62,074 bases of DNA. It comes from Flavobacteriales bacterium. GTDB taxonomy: Bacteria; Bacteroidota; Bacteroidia; Flavobacteriales; UJ101. The DNA is taken from NCBI GenBank assembly GCA_047971445.1, contig JBKDZS010000097.1, positions 1 to 62,074 of the forward strand. The letters run 5' to 3'. The position numbers and the translations under genes were made by a program. Below the pieces are notes generated by a model. That model was not told where the DNA came from. It saw only the letters and a list, made by a program, of their open reading frames with translations, and searched no databases. Shown piece after piece: positions 29,367-40,148 of the stretch; positions within the stretch are counted from its first letter, which is position 1; each line of letters begins with the position of its first letter.

Positions 29367-30701
29367 TTATAACTTTCGAACTTGTTCTTTAAATTGATTT
29401 CCTCTATCTTCATAATTTTGAAACAAATCAAAACTTGCACATGCAGGTGATAATAAAACAGCATCCCCTTTTTCCCCTAAGGCATATGCAAATTGAACTG
29501 CATCACGCATACAATTAGTTTCTAAAATATGAGCTGTTTTTCCTTCAAAAGTTTTCAATAATTTTGTATTATCTACCCCCAAACAAACAATAGCTTTTAC
29601 CTTTGATTGAACCAAGTTCATAACTTCTGTATAATCATTCCCTTTGTCTACTCCTCCTACTATCCAAACAGTAGAGGCTCTCATACTATCTAGAGCGTAA
29701 TAGGTTGCATTAACATTGGTTGCTTTGGAATCGTTAATAAAATCAATTCCATGAATAGTCAACACTTTTTCTAAACGATGTTCCACCGCCTCAAAATTGG
29801 ATAAACTATTCTTTAAAGATTCTTTTTTTACTTGAAGGAGTTTTGCAGCAATTCCAGCAGCCATCGAATTGGCAATATTGTGTCTTCCTTGTAATGCTAA
29901 ATCATCTATTTTCATTGTTATTGTATCATCAATCGTATTAATTATCATTTCTCTTTCATTCACAAAAGCACCTTTTTCTATCGCTTTTTTTAAAGAAAAG
30001 GGTCTTTTTTGCGCCTTTATTTTTTTGGTCTCTATTGTTTTTTTTATTTCTTGATCATCTTCTGAATAAATAAAAAAATCTTCTTCCTTTTGATTCATTG
30101 TAATTCTAAATTTAGAATTTACATAGTTCTGCATTTTATATTGATAGCGATCTAAATGATCAGGTGTGATATTCAAAATCACTGCTATATACGGCCTAAA
30201 ACCAACTATACCATCGAGCTGAAAACTAGACAATTCTAGCACATAAAAATCCGTTTTCCCCTCAGCAACCTGCCATGCAAAACTTCTCCCTATATTTCCG
30301 CCTAACCTCACGTCAAATCCTTCTTGTTTTAGAATATGATAGACTAAAGAAGCTGTAGTAGTTTTTCCATTACTTCCTGTAATTGCTATGATCTTTGCTT
30401 CAGTAAAACGACTGGCAAATTCAATTTCGGAAATCACAGGTACTCCCTTTGACTTTAAACTTTCAATTACTTCTATAGTATCTGGGATTCCAGGACTTTT
30501 AATCACTTCATTTGCTTCCAAAATTTTCTCTAATGAATGTTGTCTTTCTTCGAAGGCAATTCCTTTATTTACTAGAATATTTTTATATTTTTTTGAGATT
30601 TCTCCTTTATCGGAAAGAAACACCCGAAAACCTTCTTTTTGTGCTAAAATAGCAGCGCCTACACCACTTTCCCCTCCTCCTAAAACAACAATTCTTTGCA
30701 T
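29367..30701 (-). CDS. murD: UDP-MurNAc-L-Ala-D-glutamate ligase
   Basis: SPG, TGSNGKTTT, ELSSFQL, NDSKATN, LLSPACASFD. Confidence 0.97.
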   Translation of the reverse strand: MQRIVVLGGGESGVGAAILAQKEGFRVFLSDKGEISKKYKNILVNKGIAFEERQHSLEKILEANEVIKSPGIPDTIEVIESLKSKGVPVISEIEFASRFTEAKIIAITGSNGKTTTASLVYHILKQEGFDVRLGGNIGRSFAWQVAEGKTDFYVLELSSFQLDGIVGFRPYIAVILNITPDHLDRYQYKMQNYVNSKFRITMNQKEEDFFIYSEDDQEIKKTIETKKIKAQKRPFSLKKAIEKGAFVNEREMIINTIDDTITMKIDDLALQGRHNIANSMAAGIAAKLLQVKKESLKNSLSNFEAVEHRLEKVLTIHGIDFINDSKATNVNATYYALDSMRASTVWIVGGVDKGNDYTEVMNLVQSKVKAIVCLGVDNTKLLKTFEGKTAHILETNCMRDAVQFAYALGEKGDAVLLSPACASFDLFQNYEDRGNQFKEQVRKL

Positions 30702-31939
30702 TATCTTAATTTTAAAGTAATGATAGTTGCTGAGGCCAAAACAAATCCTATAATCAAAAATCGTGTTACAATTTTACTTTCGTGATAACCTTCTTTTTGA
30801 AAATGATGGTGAATCGGTGACATTTTAAAAATTCTTCTTCCTTCTCCATATTTCTTTTTCGTGTATTTGAAAAAGGAAACTTGCATCATAACCGATAAGG
30901 TTTCAATAAAAAATATTCCACATAAAATGGGAATCAATAATTCTTTACGTTCGGCAATAGCTAAAACAGCAATTATTCCTCCTAGCGTTAAGCTACCCGT
31001 ATCTCCCATAAAAATTTGAGCAGGAAAAGTGTTGTACCATAAGAACCCTATTAATCCTCCTAAAAGAGCTGCACAAAAAACCGTTAACTCTCCTAAGTTA
31101 GGTATATACATTATATTCAAGTAATCAGCAAAAATCACGTTACCTGACAACCATGCAAACAAAGCTAAAGTAGCTACGATAATGGAAGATGAACCTGCTG
31201 CAAGACCGTCAATTCCATCCGTAAGATTAGCTCCATTTGAGACTGCTGTAATAATAAAAATAACAACAGGGATAAAAATTAACCAAGTATATTCTTTTAA
31301 ATCCTCATCAATCCAAGTCAAAAAATCAGCATAATCAAATTCATTATTTTTTAAAAAAGGCATATTGGTTTTTGTCGATTTAACTTCTTCTGTAAAAAAA
31401 TGTCTATTTATCTTGCCTTCTTTTGTAATTTCAATTTTTCTTTTCTCAAAGGGAAGGTTTTCTTTTACAACGACATCTTGATTAAAGTATAATGTTACCC
31501 CTACAATTAAACCTAAACCAATTTGTCCTAAAACTTTAAACTTACCTGCTAACCCCTCTTTATCTTTTTTAAAAACTTTTATATAATCATCCAAAAAACC
31601 AATTCCTCCCATCCAAATTGTACAAATAATTAATAAAATTATATAGACATTGGTTAGTTTTGTAAAAAGCAACACAGGGACTAAAGTTGATAAAATAATT
31701 ATCACACCACCCATTGTCGGAGTGCCTTCTTTTTCTTTTTGTCCATGTAACCCTAAGTCTCGAACTAATTCTCCCAGTTGTTTTCGTCGTAAAAAATTGA
31801 TTATTTTTTTTCCAAAAACCAACCCTATAAGTAACGAAAGCATCAACGCCATGGATGCCCGAAATGTTATAAATTGGAATAATCCTGCTCCAGGCATTTG
31901 GAATTCCTGCTCTAAATATTCAAATAAGTGGTATAACAT
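30701..31939 (-). CDS. mraY: Phospho-MurNAc-pentapeptide transferase
   Basis: [35 protein letters not shown]. Confidence 0.97.
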   Translation of the reverse strand: MLYHLFEYLEQEFQMPGAGLFQFITFRASMALMLSLLIGLVFGKKIINFLRRKQLGELVRDLGLHGQKEKEGTPTMGGVIIILSTLVPVLLFTKLTNVYIILLIICTIWMGGIGFLDDYIKVFKKDKEGLAGKFKVLGQIGLGLIVGVTLYFNQDVVVKENLPFEKRKIEITKEGKINRHFFTEEVKSTKTNMPFLKNNEFDYADFLTWIDEDLKEYTWLIFIPVVIFIITAVSNGANLTDGIDGLAAGSSSIIVATLALFAWLSGNVIFADYLNIMYIPNLGELTVFCAALLGGLIGFLWYNTFPAQIFMGDTGSLTLGGIIAVLAIAERKELLIPILCGIFFIETLSVMMQVSFFKYTKKKYGEGRRIFKMSPIHHHFQKEGYHESKIVTRFLIIGFVLASATIITLKLR

Positions 31940-31942
31940 TTT

Positions 31943-33406
31943 TTATTTATTTAACTGTTTTAATAAATCTTTTGAAATTTGAAAATCATCGAATTCTTTT
32001 CGAATACCATTAATTTCCTGATAAGTTTCATGTCCTTTTCCTGCTATTAAAATAATATCTTTTGATGTTGCCATTTTTATAGCTGTTTTAATCGCTTCCT
32101 TTCTATTAGTAATAGATATTGTTTTATTAAAAAACTGTGGTTGAACCCCTTTTTCCATTTCTTGAATAATTACTTCAGGATCTTCCGTTCGGGGATTATC
32201 TGATGTGAAAATTACTTGGCTTGACAACTCACATGCTACAGAAGCCATAACAGGACGTTTTGTTTTATCACGATCTCCACCGCAACCTATCACTGTAATA
32301 AGTTGCTCATTTCCAGTTCTAATATCATTTATTGTATGCAAAACATTCTTTAAAGCATCCGGAGTATGTGCATAATCTACAATCGTTATGATGTTTTTTT
32401 CCGATAAATTATATTGAAATCGTCCTCGAACACTTTCTAGTTTTGAAATAGCTGTTAAAATTTCCAGTTCATCTTGCTCTAGTAATTTGGCTACTCCAAA
32501 GGCTACTAAAAGATTATACACATTAAATCGCCCTACTAAACGTGACCAAACTTCTTGTTCATTTATACTTATCAACATACCATCAAAGCGATTCTCTACT
32601 AATTTAGCTTTAAAATTAGCATCTGTTTTTAAAGCATATGAAAACTTCTTTGCCGATGAATTCTGTAACATTACTTGCCCATTCTTATCATCAACATTGG
32701 TTAATGCAAATGCTGATTTAGATAGTTTATCAAAAAATATTTTTTTAGTATTTAAATATTCTTTAAATGTTTTGTGATAATCTAAATGATCATGTGTTAA
32801 ATTCGTAAAAACACCTCCTGTAAATTCTAAACCTGCAATTCTTTTCTGATGAATTCCATGTGAACTTACTTCCATAAAAGCGTACTGACAACCTGCTTCA
32901 ACGGCCTGAGCTAAACATTTATTAATCATAATAGCATCTGGAGTTGTATGGGTTGCAGGTATTTCTTTTTTACCAAAACGCACTGAAATTGTTGATAATA
33001 AAGCGGTTTGATAACCTAAATTTTGAAATAAATGATACAACAAGGTAGCTGTAGTAGTTTTTCCATTCGTTCCTGTAATTCCTACCAGTTTTATTTTATG
33101 AGAGGGGTTCTCATAAAAATGTCCTGCAATAAGCCCTAGAGCCTCTGCACTATCTTTTACCACAACGTAAGTTATGCCATTTACAATTGTATCTGGAATT
33201 TTTTCACATAAAACGGCCTTTGCCCCTTGTCTAATTGCTTTATCAATAAATTGATGCCCATCAACGGAAACACCTTTTAAAGCAATAAAAAAAGCATCCA
33301 ATTCTATTTTACGGGAATCACTTTCTAAACTATTAACAAAAACATCGGTTGAACCTATAATTTGTTCTACAGAAACTTTATATAATATGTCCTTTAGTTT
33401 TTTCAT
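31943..33406 (-). CDS. murE: UDP-MurNAc-dipeptide-mDAP ligase
   Basis: TGTNGKTT, MEVSSH, DYAHTPDAL, DNPR (mDAP-specific), AGKGHE. Confidence 0.97.
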   Translation of the reverse strand: MKKLKDILYKVSVEQIIGSTDVFVNSLESDSRKIELDAFFIALKGVSVDGHQFIDKAIRQGAKAVLCEKIPDTIVNGITYVVVKDSAEALGLIAGHFYENPSHKIKLVGITGTNGKTTTATLLYHLFQNLGYQTALLSTISVRFGKKEIPATHTTPDAIMINKCLAQAVEAGCQYAFMEVSSHGIHQKRIAGLEFTGGVFTNLTHDHLDYHKTFKEYLNTKKIFFDKLSKSAFALTNVDDKNGQVMLQNSSAKKFSYALKTDANFKAKLVENRFDGMLISINEQEVWSRLVGRFNVYNLLVAFGVAKLLEQDELEILTAISKLESVRGRFQYNLSEKNIITIVDYAHTPDALKNVLHTINDIRTGNEQLITVIGCGGDRDKTKRPVMASVACELSSQVIFTSDNPRTEDPEVIIQEMEKGVQPQFFNKTISITNRKEAIKTAIKMATSKDIILIAGKGHETYQEINGIRKEFDDFQISKDLLKQLNK

Positions 33407-35376
33407 TAATTTAAAATTAAAGTTACACGTTGTCCTTTTCTAATTTTAACACCCGGTTTTACAGATTGGTTTACAACACTTCCAACTCCTCTATAATTAA
33501 CTTTTAAACCAGAATTCTCTAATAATGCAATAGCATCCCCACCTTTTTTGTTCATAAGATTTGGCATCGAATTTATTTTCTTTGTAAAATCCAATTCTTT
33601 CCCCTTTAATATTTCTTCTTTCACGTTTACCAACTGAGGAGCTTCATCTAAATTTCTTTCAGGCGTATTTACATAGACTCTACGGGCTATTCCTTTAAAA
33701 ACTGGGCCTGCAATCAGACTACCATAGTATCCTTTACTTTTATCGGGTTCTGTCACCGTTACAATTGCAGAGTAACGTGGATTATCTGCTGGAAAATACC
33801 CGCAAAAAGAAGCTATATATTGTAAATTACCCGAAGCGTAACCTGTTTGGCAAGTCCCTGTTTTACCTGCTATAGAATATCCTTCTTCATCCAAAGCTTT
33901 TCCCGTTCCATTCTTCACAACACCTCGTAACATGGCTTGTGCTTTTTTTATAGTAGATTCTGATGCAATTGAAGGGTTTATTATTTCTGGTTCATATTTT
34001 TCTTCTACTTTTCCTCCAGAACGTCTTTCTTTTAAAAAAAGTGGCTTCACCATTTTCCCATCATTAGCAACAGCATTATAAAAGGTTAAAATTTGAATAG
34101 GCGTTAATTCCACACCATAACCATATGCCATCCAAGGTAAAGAAAGCCCACTCCATGATTCTTTATTATTAGGATGAGGGATTAACGGTTCTCTTTCTCC
34201 TTGTATATCCAGCCCTAATTTTTGATGTAACTTCCACTTATACAATCGATTTACAAAATCTTCAGGCCGGGATTTATAGTTTTCATATACGAATCGTACC
34301 GTTCCAACATTGGAAGATTTTTCAAAAATTTTCATCATAGAAATTTCTCCATAACCTCTACCTCCATTTGAATCTCGAACTTTGGCATCATGAATTGGCA
34401 TTGTTCCTGTGGCTTTAATAGTAGCCGTATCTGCTACACCATCATCTAAACATGCCATCAAAGACATTAGTTTAAAAGTAGAACCTATTTCTGTTCTCTC
34501 TGCAATAGCATAATTACGAATATCTCGGTAATTCCCTCTCCTATCCCTGCTTAAATTAACCAATGCTTTTACCTCTCCTGTTTTTACTTCCATTACAACA
34601 ACAGATCCATGATTTGCACTATAATGTTCCAATTCTTTTAATAAACCGTTATAAGCTACATCTTGAATTGCTGGGTCAATCGTTGTAATAACATCATATC
34701 CATCTTGGGGCTCAACTCGACTATCATCATTTAATGGTCTTGATTTCCCCCGAACATTAATTCTTAATTCTTTTCCATCTTTACCTTGAAGAAACTCTGT
34801 GTAAGCCCCTTCTAACCCTATTTTCCGTCCATTTTCTACACGACCAATTGTTCTACTCCATTTATTATTGATTACCGCACGCTCATTCCTTTCAGATACA
34901 ATTAAACCATTTTTTGTGCTTTTTCTGTCTTTAAACATGGGGAAATTTCGCAAACGCTTAACTTCTCCGTAGTTCAAATCTTTAAACAACATTACATACT
35001 GCGATTTTTTTGTTTTTTGTTTCGCAAAAAGACGCAAATATTCCTTTTTACTTTTTTTCTTAAAGCTTTTTGCTAAAGAATCTGCTAAAGCATTCTTATA
35101 AAAATCTATTGTGTCTGAGTTGGTTCGATTATAAAATGTTTTGAAATCCATAGCTACATTATATTTTGTAACCGTTGTTGCTAATAATGTTCCATCTGAG
35201 GCATATAAATTCCCTCTTTTAGCTGGGATTGTATACGCTACAATATTATCCTTATAGTTCTCCTTTTCATTAATTTGAATAGAAAGCAACTTTACTCCAA
35301 CTCCAACAAAAAGAATTATCAATAAAGCTCCTATTAAATAGGCGCGATTTAGTATCGTCTTTCTACTCTTAATCAT
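33406..35376 (-). CDS. ftsI: PBP3/FtsI transpeptidase with C-terminal PASTA domain
   Basis: STFK, SSN, KTGT motifs; dcw position. Confidence 0.93.
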   Translation of the reverse strand: MIKSRKTILNRAYLIGALLIILFVGVGVKLLSIQINEKENYKDNIVAYTIPAKRGNLYASDGTLLATTVTKYNVAMDFKTFYNRTNSDTIDFYKNALADSLAKSFKKKSKKEYLRLFAKQKTKKSQYVMLFKDLNYGEVKRLRNFPMFKDRKSTKNGLIVSERNERAVINNKWSRTIGRVENGRKIGLEGAYTEFLQGKDGKELRINVRGKSRPLNDDSRVEPQDGYDVITTIDPAIQDVAYNGLLKELEHYSANHGSVVVMEVKTGEVKALVNLSRDRRGNYRDIRNYAIAERTEIGSTFKLMSLMACLDDGVADTATIKATGTMPIHDAKVRDSNGGRGYGEISMMKIFEKSSNVGTVRFVYENYKSRPEDFVNRLYKWKLHQKLGLDIQGEREPLIPHPNNKESWSGLSLPWMAYGYGVELTPIQILTFYNAVANDGKMVKPLFLKERRSGGKVEEKYEPEIINPSIASESTIKKAQAMLRGVVKNGTGKALDEEGYSIAGKTGTCQTGYASGNLQYIASFCGYFPADNPRYSAIVTVTEPDKSKGYYGSLIAGPVFKGIARRVYVNTPERNLDEAPQLVNVKEEILKGKELDFTKKINSMPNLMNKKGGDAIALLENSGLKVNYRGVGSVVNQSVKPGVKIRKGQRVTLILN

Positions 35377-35695
35377 TTCTCTGCAATACTAACTTATAGG
35401 GTTGTACTTGTGATATTTTCAAACTATCTTTTTGAGCCATCTTAATAATTTCTGATTCTGTTTTTAAGCGCATTAACTGTTTATGCAAGTCCGTATACTC
35501 TGATTTTAACTCCGTTATTTCTTTATTTAGCCGTCCCCCTGAAACTACTTTTTTTTCAATTAAATGAATATTATAAATCATCACAATAGCCATGCCTGCT
35601 AAAAAAAGAAGAAAACACCAATTTTTAGACGCCCCTTCTTCCACTAAGAACTTCCCTTTTATAATATCTGTAATAGCAATTTTTTTTCTAGCCAT
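35369..35695 (-). CDS. ftsL: FtsL-like cell division protein
   Basis: Single TM plus coiled coil between rsmH and ftsI. Confidence 0.8.
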   Translation of the reverse strand: MARKKIAITDIIKGKFLVEEGASKNWCFLLFLAGMAIVMIYNIHLIEKKVVSGGRLNKEITELKSEYTDLHKQLMRLKTESEIIKMAQKDSLKISQVQPYKLVLQRND

Positions 35696-36593
35696 TTTTT
35701 TCTGCTACCCTTAGTTTTGCACTCCGTGCACGGTTATTTCTCTTTACTTCTTCTACTGTTGGAAGAATTACTTTTCTATTCACTTGTCTCAAAGGAATTT
35801 TAGACTTCCCATATATATCTACTTCAGGTTGCCCTTTAAATAGTCCTGTTTTCATAAAACGTTTTACCAAACGATCTTCTAAAGAATGATATGAAATCAC
35901 TACCAACCTTCCTCCTGGATTTAAAATATTCGCCGCTTGAGTTAACATTTCTTTTAACGTTTCCATTTCATCATTTACTTCAATCCTAAGTGCTTGAAAA
36001 ACTTGAGCCAAATACTTATTTTGTTTAAACTTGGGGATTTCATCCAAAACAATTTCTTTTAAATCACTTGTTGTATTTATTCTAGAATGTGCTCTATAGC
36101 TTATTATTTTTTTTGCAATTCGATATGAGTCTTTTAAATCACCGTAATAGTAAAAAACTTCTGCCAATTTTTTTTCGGAATAACTATTCAAAATAGTCTT
36201 TGCATTTTTTGTTGCCATTTGGTTCATCCTCATATCCAACACTCCTTCAAAGCGTGTTGAAAACCCACGATCAGCTGTATCAAACTGATGTGAAGAAACT
36301 CCTAAATCAGCTAAAACACCTTCTACTTGATTCACCCCATGCATTCGAAGTGCATTTTTCAGAAATCGAAAGTTTTGATTAATCAACGTAAAGCGTTCAT
36401 CTTCAATATTATTCCTAAAAGCATCTTGATCCTGATCAAAAGAAAACAACCTGCCTTTCTCATTGAGATGATTCAAAATTTCTCTAGAATGCCCACCACC
36501 ACCAAAAGTAGCATCTACATAAACTCCTTCTTCGTTACGAACCAAGAAGTCGACACTATCCTTTAATAATACTGAAACATGATACTTATTCAT
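35688..36593 (-). CDS. rsmH: 16S rRNA m4C1402 methyltransferase
   Basis: DATFGGGGHS, DLGVSS, FQALRIEVN, SYHSLEDR, RSAKLR. Confidence 0.97.
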   Translation of the reverse strand: MNKYHVSVLLKDSVDFLVRNEEGVYVDATFGGGGHSREILNHLNEKGRLFSFDQDQDAFRNNIEDERFTLINQNFRFLKNALRMHGVNQVEGVLADLGVSSHQFDTADRGFSTRFEGVLDMRMNQMATKNAKTILNSYSEKKLAEVFYYYGDLKDSYRIAKKIISYRAHSRINTTSDLKEIVLDEIPKFKQNKYLAQVFQALRIEVNDEMETLKEMLTQAANILNPGGRLVVISYHSLEDRLVKRFMKTGLFKGQPEVDIYGKSKIPLRQVNRKVILPTVEEVKRNNRARSAKLRVAEKNG

Positions 36594-37044
36594 CTTCTAA
36601 ATCTCCCATTACTTCTTCAGCCAAATCTGCAAAAGAATCTTCTGACTCGACCAAAACTTGTTCATATTTTTCTTTATCCCAAATTTCAATTATGTTTACG
36701 GAAGAAGAAACGACTACCTCTTTCTTAATATTCGCAAACTCTATCAAATCTTTAGGAATCAACAAACGACCGTTCGCATCAATTTCAATAGGTTTTACAC
36801 CTGCTGTAAATTTTCGAATAAAATCATTATTCTTCTTTACAAATCGGTTCAACTTATTTACTTTTCCTATCACGTTATCCCATTCATTTTTAGGGTATAG
36901 TTCTAAGCAAGGCTGAAATACCGAGCGTTTCAATACAAAACTATCAGACAACACTGTTAGCATTTGTTTTTTTAATGCAGAAGGTATTGCCAGACGCCCT
37001 TTTGCATCGACTTTACACTCATACACTCCTATTAAACTAAACAT
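36586..37044 (-). CDS. mraZ: dcw repressor MraZ
   Basis: Two DxxGR motifs (DAKGR, DANGR), IEIW. Confidence 0.96.
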   Translation of the reverse strand: MFSLIGVYECKVDAKGRLAIPSALKKQMLTVLSDSFVLKRSVFQPCLELYPKNEWDNVIGKVNKLNRFVKKNNDFIRKFTAGVKPIEIDANGRLLIPKDLIEFANIKKEVVVSSSVNIIEIWDKEKYEQVLVESEDSFADLAEEVMGDLEDE

Positions 37045-37067
37045 ACTTCAAAACCCTAATTTCTGTT

Positions 37068-37113
37068 CAAAAATATAAATTTTATTCCACTTTTACCCAC
37101 TTTCACCCACTTT
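37068..37113 (-). promoter_or_regulatory. mraZ promoter with three MraZ (dcw) boxes
   Basis: Minus strand AAAGTGGG-TG-AAAGTGGG-TA-AAAGTGGA (10-nt period, 37086-37113) just upstream of TATTTTTG -7 (37068-37075). Confidence 0.82.
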
Positions 37114-37214
37114 GTTAATAACTTTTATCATTTAACATCTAAAAAACATTCCTTTTAATTTATTCATGCTTAGTCTAAAAAAATGCCTACTTTTGTAGAA
37201 ATGACTGCATACAT

Positions 37215-37982
37215 ATGCTATTTAAAATAAAGCGAAAGAAGAAATATACTTATATAGAAGAGGGTGAGGGACATCCTATTGTATTGTTACACGGGTTAAT
37301 GGGGGGGCTTAGTAATTTTGATCAAGTTCTAAATTATTTTAGTAAAAGAGGTTATCGAATTATCATACCTGAACTTCCTTTATACACTTCTACAATTCTC
37401 ACAAATAAATTAGGCGTTTTTGCAAAATTCCTAAACCATTTTCTTAATGATTTAGGAATTGAGAAAGCCACATTAATTGGTAATTCACTAGGAGGTCACA
37501 TTACCTTAATTACAGCATTAAAATACCCTGAAAAAGTATATTCTTTGGTTTTAACAGGTAGCTCTGGGCTCTATGAGAAATCTTTTGGAGAATCTTTTCC
37601 AAAAATTAGTGATTATGAGTATGTCAAAAATGGATGTGAAAGTATTTTTTATGACCCTAGTATTGCAACCAAGGATGTTGTCGACGGAGTATATTCTACT
37701 TTAAACGACAGGGCTAAAGCATTAAAAATCATCTACATTGCTCGTGCTGCAATGCGTCACAATATGGCCAATGACTTAAAAAACATCAAGCAACCCTCTT
37801 TAGTTCTTTGGGGAAAACAAGATCCGGTTACCCCTCCTGAAGTTGCTGAGGAATTTCATCAAAAGCTACCTAATAGTGATTTGATTTGGATTGACAAATG
37901 CGGACATGCTCCTATGATGGAACATCCTGATTTATTTATTCAGCATTTAGAGAAATGGCTTGAGAAAACAACTAAAAAATAA
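37215..37982 (+). CDS. Alpha/beta fold hydrolase
   Basis: LHGLMG, GNSLGG nucleophile, WG..D, GHAPM. Confidence 0.9.
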   Translation: MLFKIKRKKKYTYIEEGEGHPIVLLHGLMGGLSNFDQVLNYFSKRGYRIIIPELPLYTSTILTNKLGVFAKFLNHFLNDLGIEKATLIGNSLGGHITLITALKYPEKVYSLVLTGSSGLYEKSFGESFPKISDYEYVKNGCESIFYDPSIATKDVVDGVYSTLNDRAKALKIIYIARAAMRHNMANDLKNIKQPSLVLWGKQDPVTPPEVAEEFHQKLPNSDLIWIDKCGHAPMMEHPDLFIQHLEKWLEKTTKK

Positions 37983-38037
37983 TGATTCATTATGAAAGTA
38001 AGATTTCATTAGAGTTTTATTTTCAAATCAAGTTCCT

Positions 38038-38655
38038 ATGGAAATTAAAAGCGCCGAATTCATTATCAGTAATACCGATTACAAAAAAGCTCCCAGTCCC
38101 AATAAACCGGAATATGCTTTCATAGGGAGATCCAATGTAGGCAAATCTTCTTTGATCAATATGTTGACCAGTCGAAAAGGATTAGCTAAGACTTCAGGAA
38201 CTCCTGGAAAAACACAATTAATTAATCATTTTTTAATTAACAACCAATGGTATCTAGTCGATTTACCAGGCTATGGCTACGCTAAAGTTTCTAAAAAATC
38301 ACGTAAACAATTTAGTTCCATTAATACACAGTATATTTTAAACCGTACTAACCTTGTCAATCTATTTGTATTAGTTGACTCTCGACATGCCCCTCAAAAA
38401 ATTGATTTGGAGTTTATGAAATGGCTTGGCTCTAACAGAATTTCTTTTTCTATTATTTTTACTAAAATTGATAAACTGGGAAGTTCTTCATTACAAAAGA
38501 ACATATCAGAATATAAAAAAATTCTTTTAAAACAATGGGAAGAAATGCCAAAATATTTTATTTCTTCAGCAACTTCAAAAACAGGAAAAACGGAAATTTT
38601 ACATTATATTGAAATTGTTAACAAACAGGTTTTAGGGCATTTTGACTTATTTTAA
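38038..38655 (+). CDS. engB: Ribosome biogenesis GTPase YihA/YsxC
   Basis: [27 protein letters not shown]. Confidence 0.96.
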   Translation: MEIKSAEFIISNTDYKKAPSPNKPEYAFIGRSNVGKSSLINMLTSRKGLAKTSGTPGKTQLINHFLINNQWYLVDLPGYGYAKVSKKSRKQFSSINTQYILNRTNLVNLFVLVDSRHAPQKIDLEFMKWLGSNRISFSIIFTKIDKLGSSSLQKNISEYKKILLKQWEEMPKYFISSATSKTGKTEILHYIEIVNKQVLGHFDLF

Positions 38656-38696
38656 AAAATGATAAAAAATTTCCCTACATTTATCAAAAGTTCATT

Positions 38697-39065
38697 ATGC
38701 AAGAACTTATTTTACTCGCAATCATTGGTATAGCTGCTGGAATTACAGGAGGCATGACAGGATTAGGAGGAGGCGTCATTATTGTACCCACACTAGTTTT
38801 CCTATTTGGCTTCACACAAGTTAACGCACAGGGAACTTCAACAGCTACGCTGCTTTTTCCTATCGGTATTTTAGCTGCTTATAATTACCATGTAGAAGGG
38901 CAAATAAATTGGAAGTTTGCACTAATTATGGCAGTCTCTTTTGTTATAGGAGCTTTTTTAGGGTCGAAAATTGCTTTATCTATTGATGAGAAATTGGTAA
39001 AACGTATTTTCGGATTTTTGATACTTTTTATAGCTATTAAGATGCTTTATGGAACTTTTAAATAA
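38697..39065 (+). CDS. Half-size TauE/SafE (TSUP) family membrane protein
   Basis: GLGGGVIIVP, AQGTS, G..LG; about four TM helices, 122 aa. Confidence 0.8.
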   Translation: MQELILLAIIGIAAGITGGMTGLGGGVIIVPTLVFLFGFTQVNAQGTSTATLLFPIGILAAYNYHVEGQINWKFALIMAVSFVIGAFLGSKIALSIDEKLVKRIFGFLILFIAIKMLYGTFK

Positions 39066-39143
39066 ATAATGAAAAGGCTTTCTTATTTTTACGTAAATTC
39101 AATGGGGTTTTATTTGAAAAACTAACGTGTAATCTATTTATTC

Positions 39144-40142
39144 TTATCCACCTATTCGAACCATACTTCGATTCAATCTATGTTGATCTGAGGATTTAAA
39201 ATGAGTAAGCTCTTTCATTCCTGCACGAACCTGATGCTTTTTCATAATAAGTAAATTAACTGCTTCTTGAATCGGTTTTCCTTCTCGAATTTTTGTCAAA
39301 AGATCAGCTTCATCATTTGAAAACAGACAGTTTTTTATTTTTCCATCAGATGTTAAACGTAGACGATTGCATGAATCACAAAATGGCTTCGTTACTGAAC
39401 TGATAATTCCAAAACAGCCTAAACTATTTGGCAATTTAAAATTTTTGACGGTGGCATGTTTTTTTACCTCCAATTTTTCCACCCTATTTTCAGGGTATTT
39501 TTGGTATACTTTATTTAATATTTCCTCTTCAGAAACCATCTTTGAAAAATCCCATTGATTTCCATCAAAAGGCATAAATTCAATAAAACGAAGCTGTAAT
39601 TTATAGTTTAATGATAAGGCTACTAAGTCTATAATTTCATCATCATTAAATCCCTTTATCAAAACAGTATTAAGTTTTACTATAAACCCCTTTTGAATGG
39701 CTAAATGAATATTTTCCCACACCCGATCAAAATAATCTCGTTTTGTTATCTGATTGAATTTTTCTTTATTTAGAGAATCCAAACTGATATTCAGAACTTT
39801 GAGACGAACTTCTTCTAGCAAGTCAAAATATTTCTCTAATAAGACACCGTTTGTTGTCATAGCCAATTTAATAGGCAACTTTGATAAGCCTTGCAAAATA
39901 GGAGCAATATCTTTTCTTATCAAAGGTTCTCCTCCTGTTAAACGAACTTTCTGGACTCCAGCTTCTACAAACTTCTTCGTGATCGTCAATAACTCTTGAG
40001 CATTCATTTGATTTTCCTTGGGCGTAAATTGAATTTTTTCTTCAGGCATACAATATGCGCATCTCAAATTACATCGATCTGTAAGTGAAACTCTTAGATA
40101 GTTATGATTTCGGTTATATGAATCTTGTAAATTAATAATTAT
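39144..40142 (-). CDS. moaA: GTP 3',8-cyclase MoaA (start uncertain)
   Basis: In-frame upstream extension LQDSYNRNHNYLRVSLTDRCNLRCAYC; LTGGEP, FC..CNR.R...G....CL, C-terminal IGG. Confidence 0.93.
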   Translation of the reverse strand: MIINLQDSYNRNHNYLRVSLTDRCNLRCAYCMPEEKIQFTPKENQMNAQELLTITKKFVEAGVQKVRLTGGEPLIRKDIAPILQGLSKLPIKLAMTTNGVLLEKYFDLLEEVRLKVLNISLDSLNKEKFNQITKRDYFDRVWENIHLAIQKGFIVKLNTVLIKGFNDDEIIDLVALSLNYKLQLRFIEFMPFDGNQWDFSKMVSEEEILNKVYQKYPENRVEKLEVKKHATVKNFKLPNSLGCFGIISSVTKPFCDSCNRLRLTSDGKIKNCLFSNDEADLLTKIREGKPIQEAVNLLIMKKHQVRAGMKELTHFKSSDQHRLNRSMVRIGG

Positions 40143-40148
40143 TTCTTT

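Noticed and set aside
30701..33406. murF and ddl absent from the dcw cluster
   Set aside because: Normal gene order in Bacteroidota; these genes usually lie elsewhere
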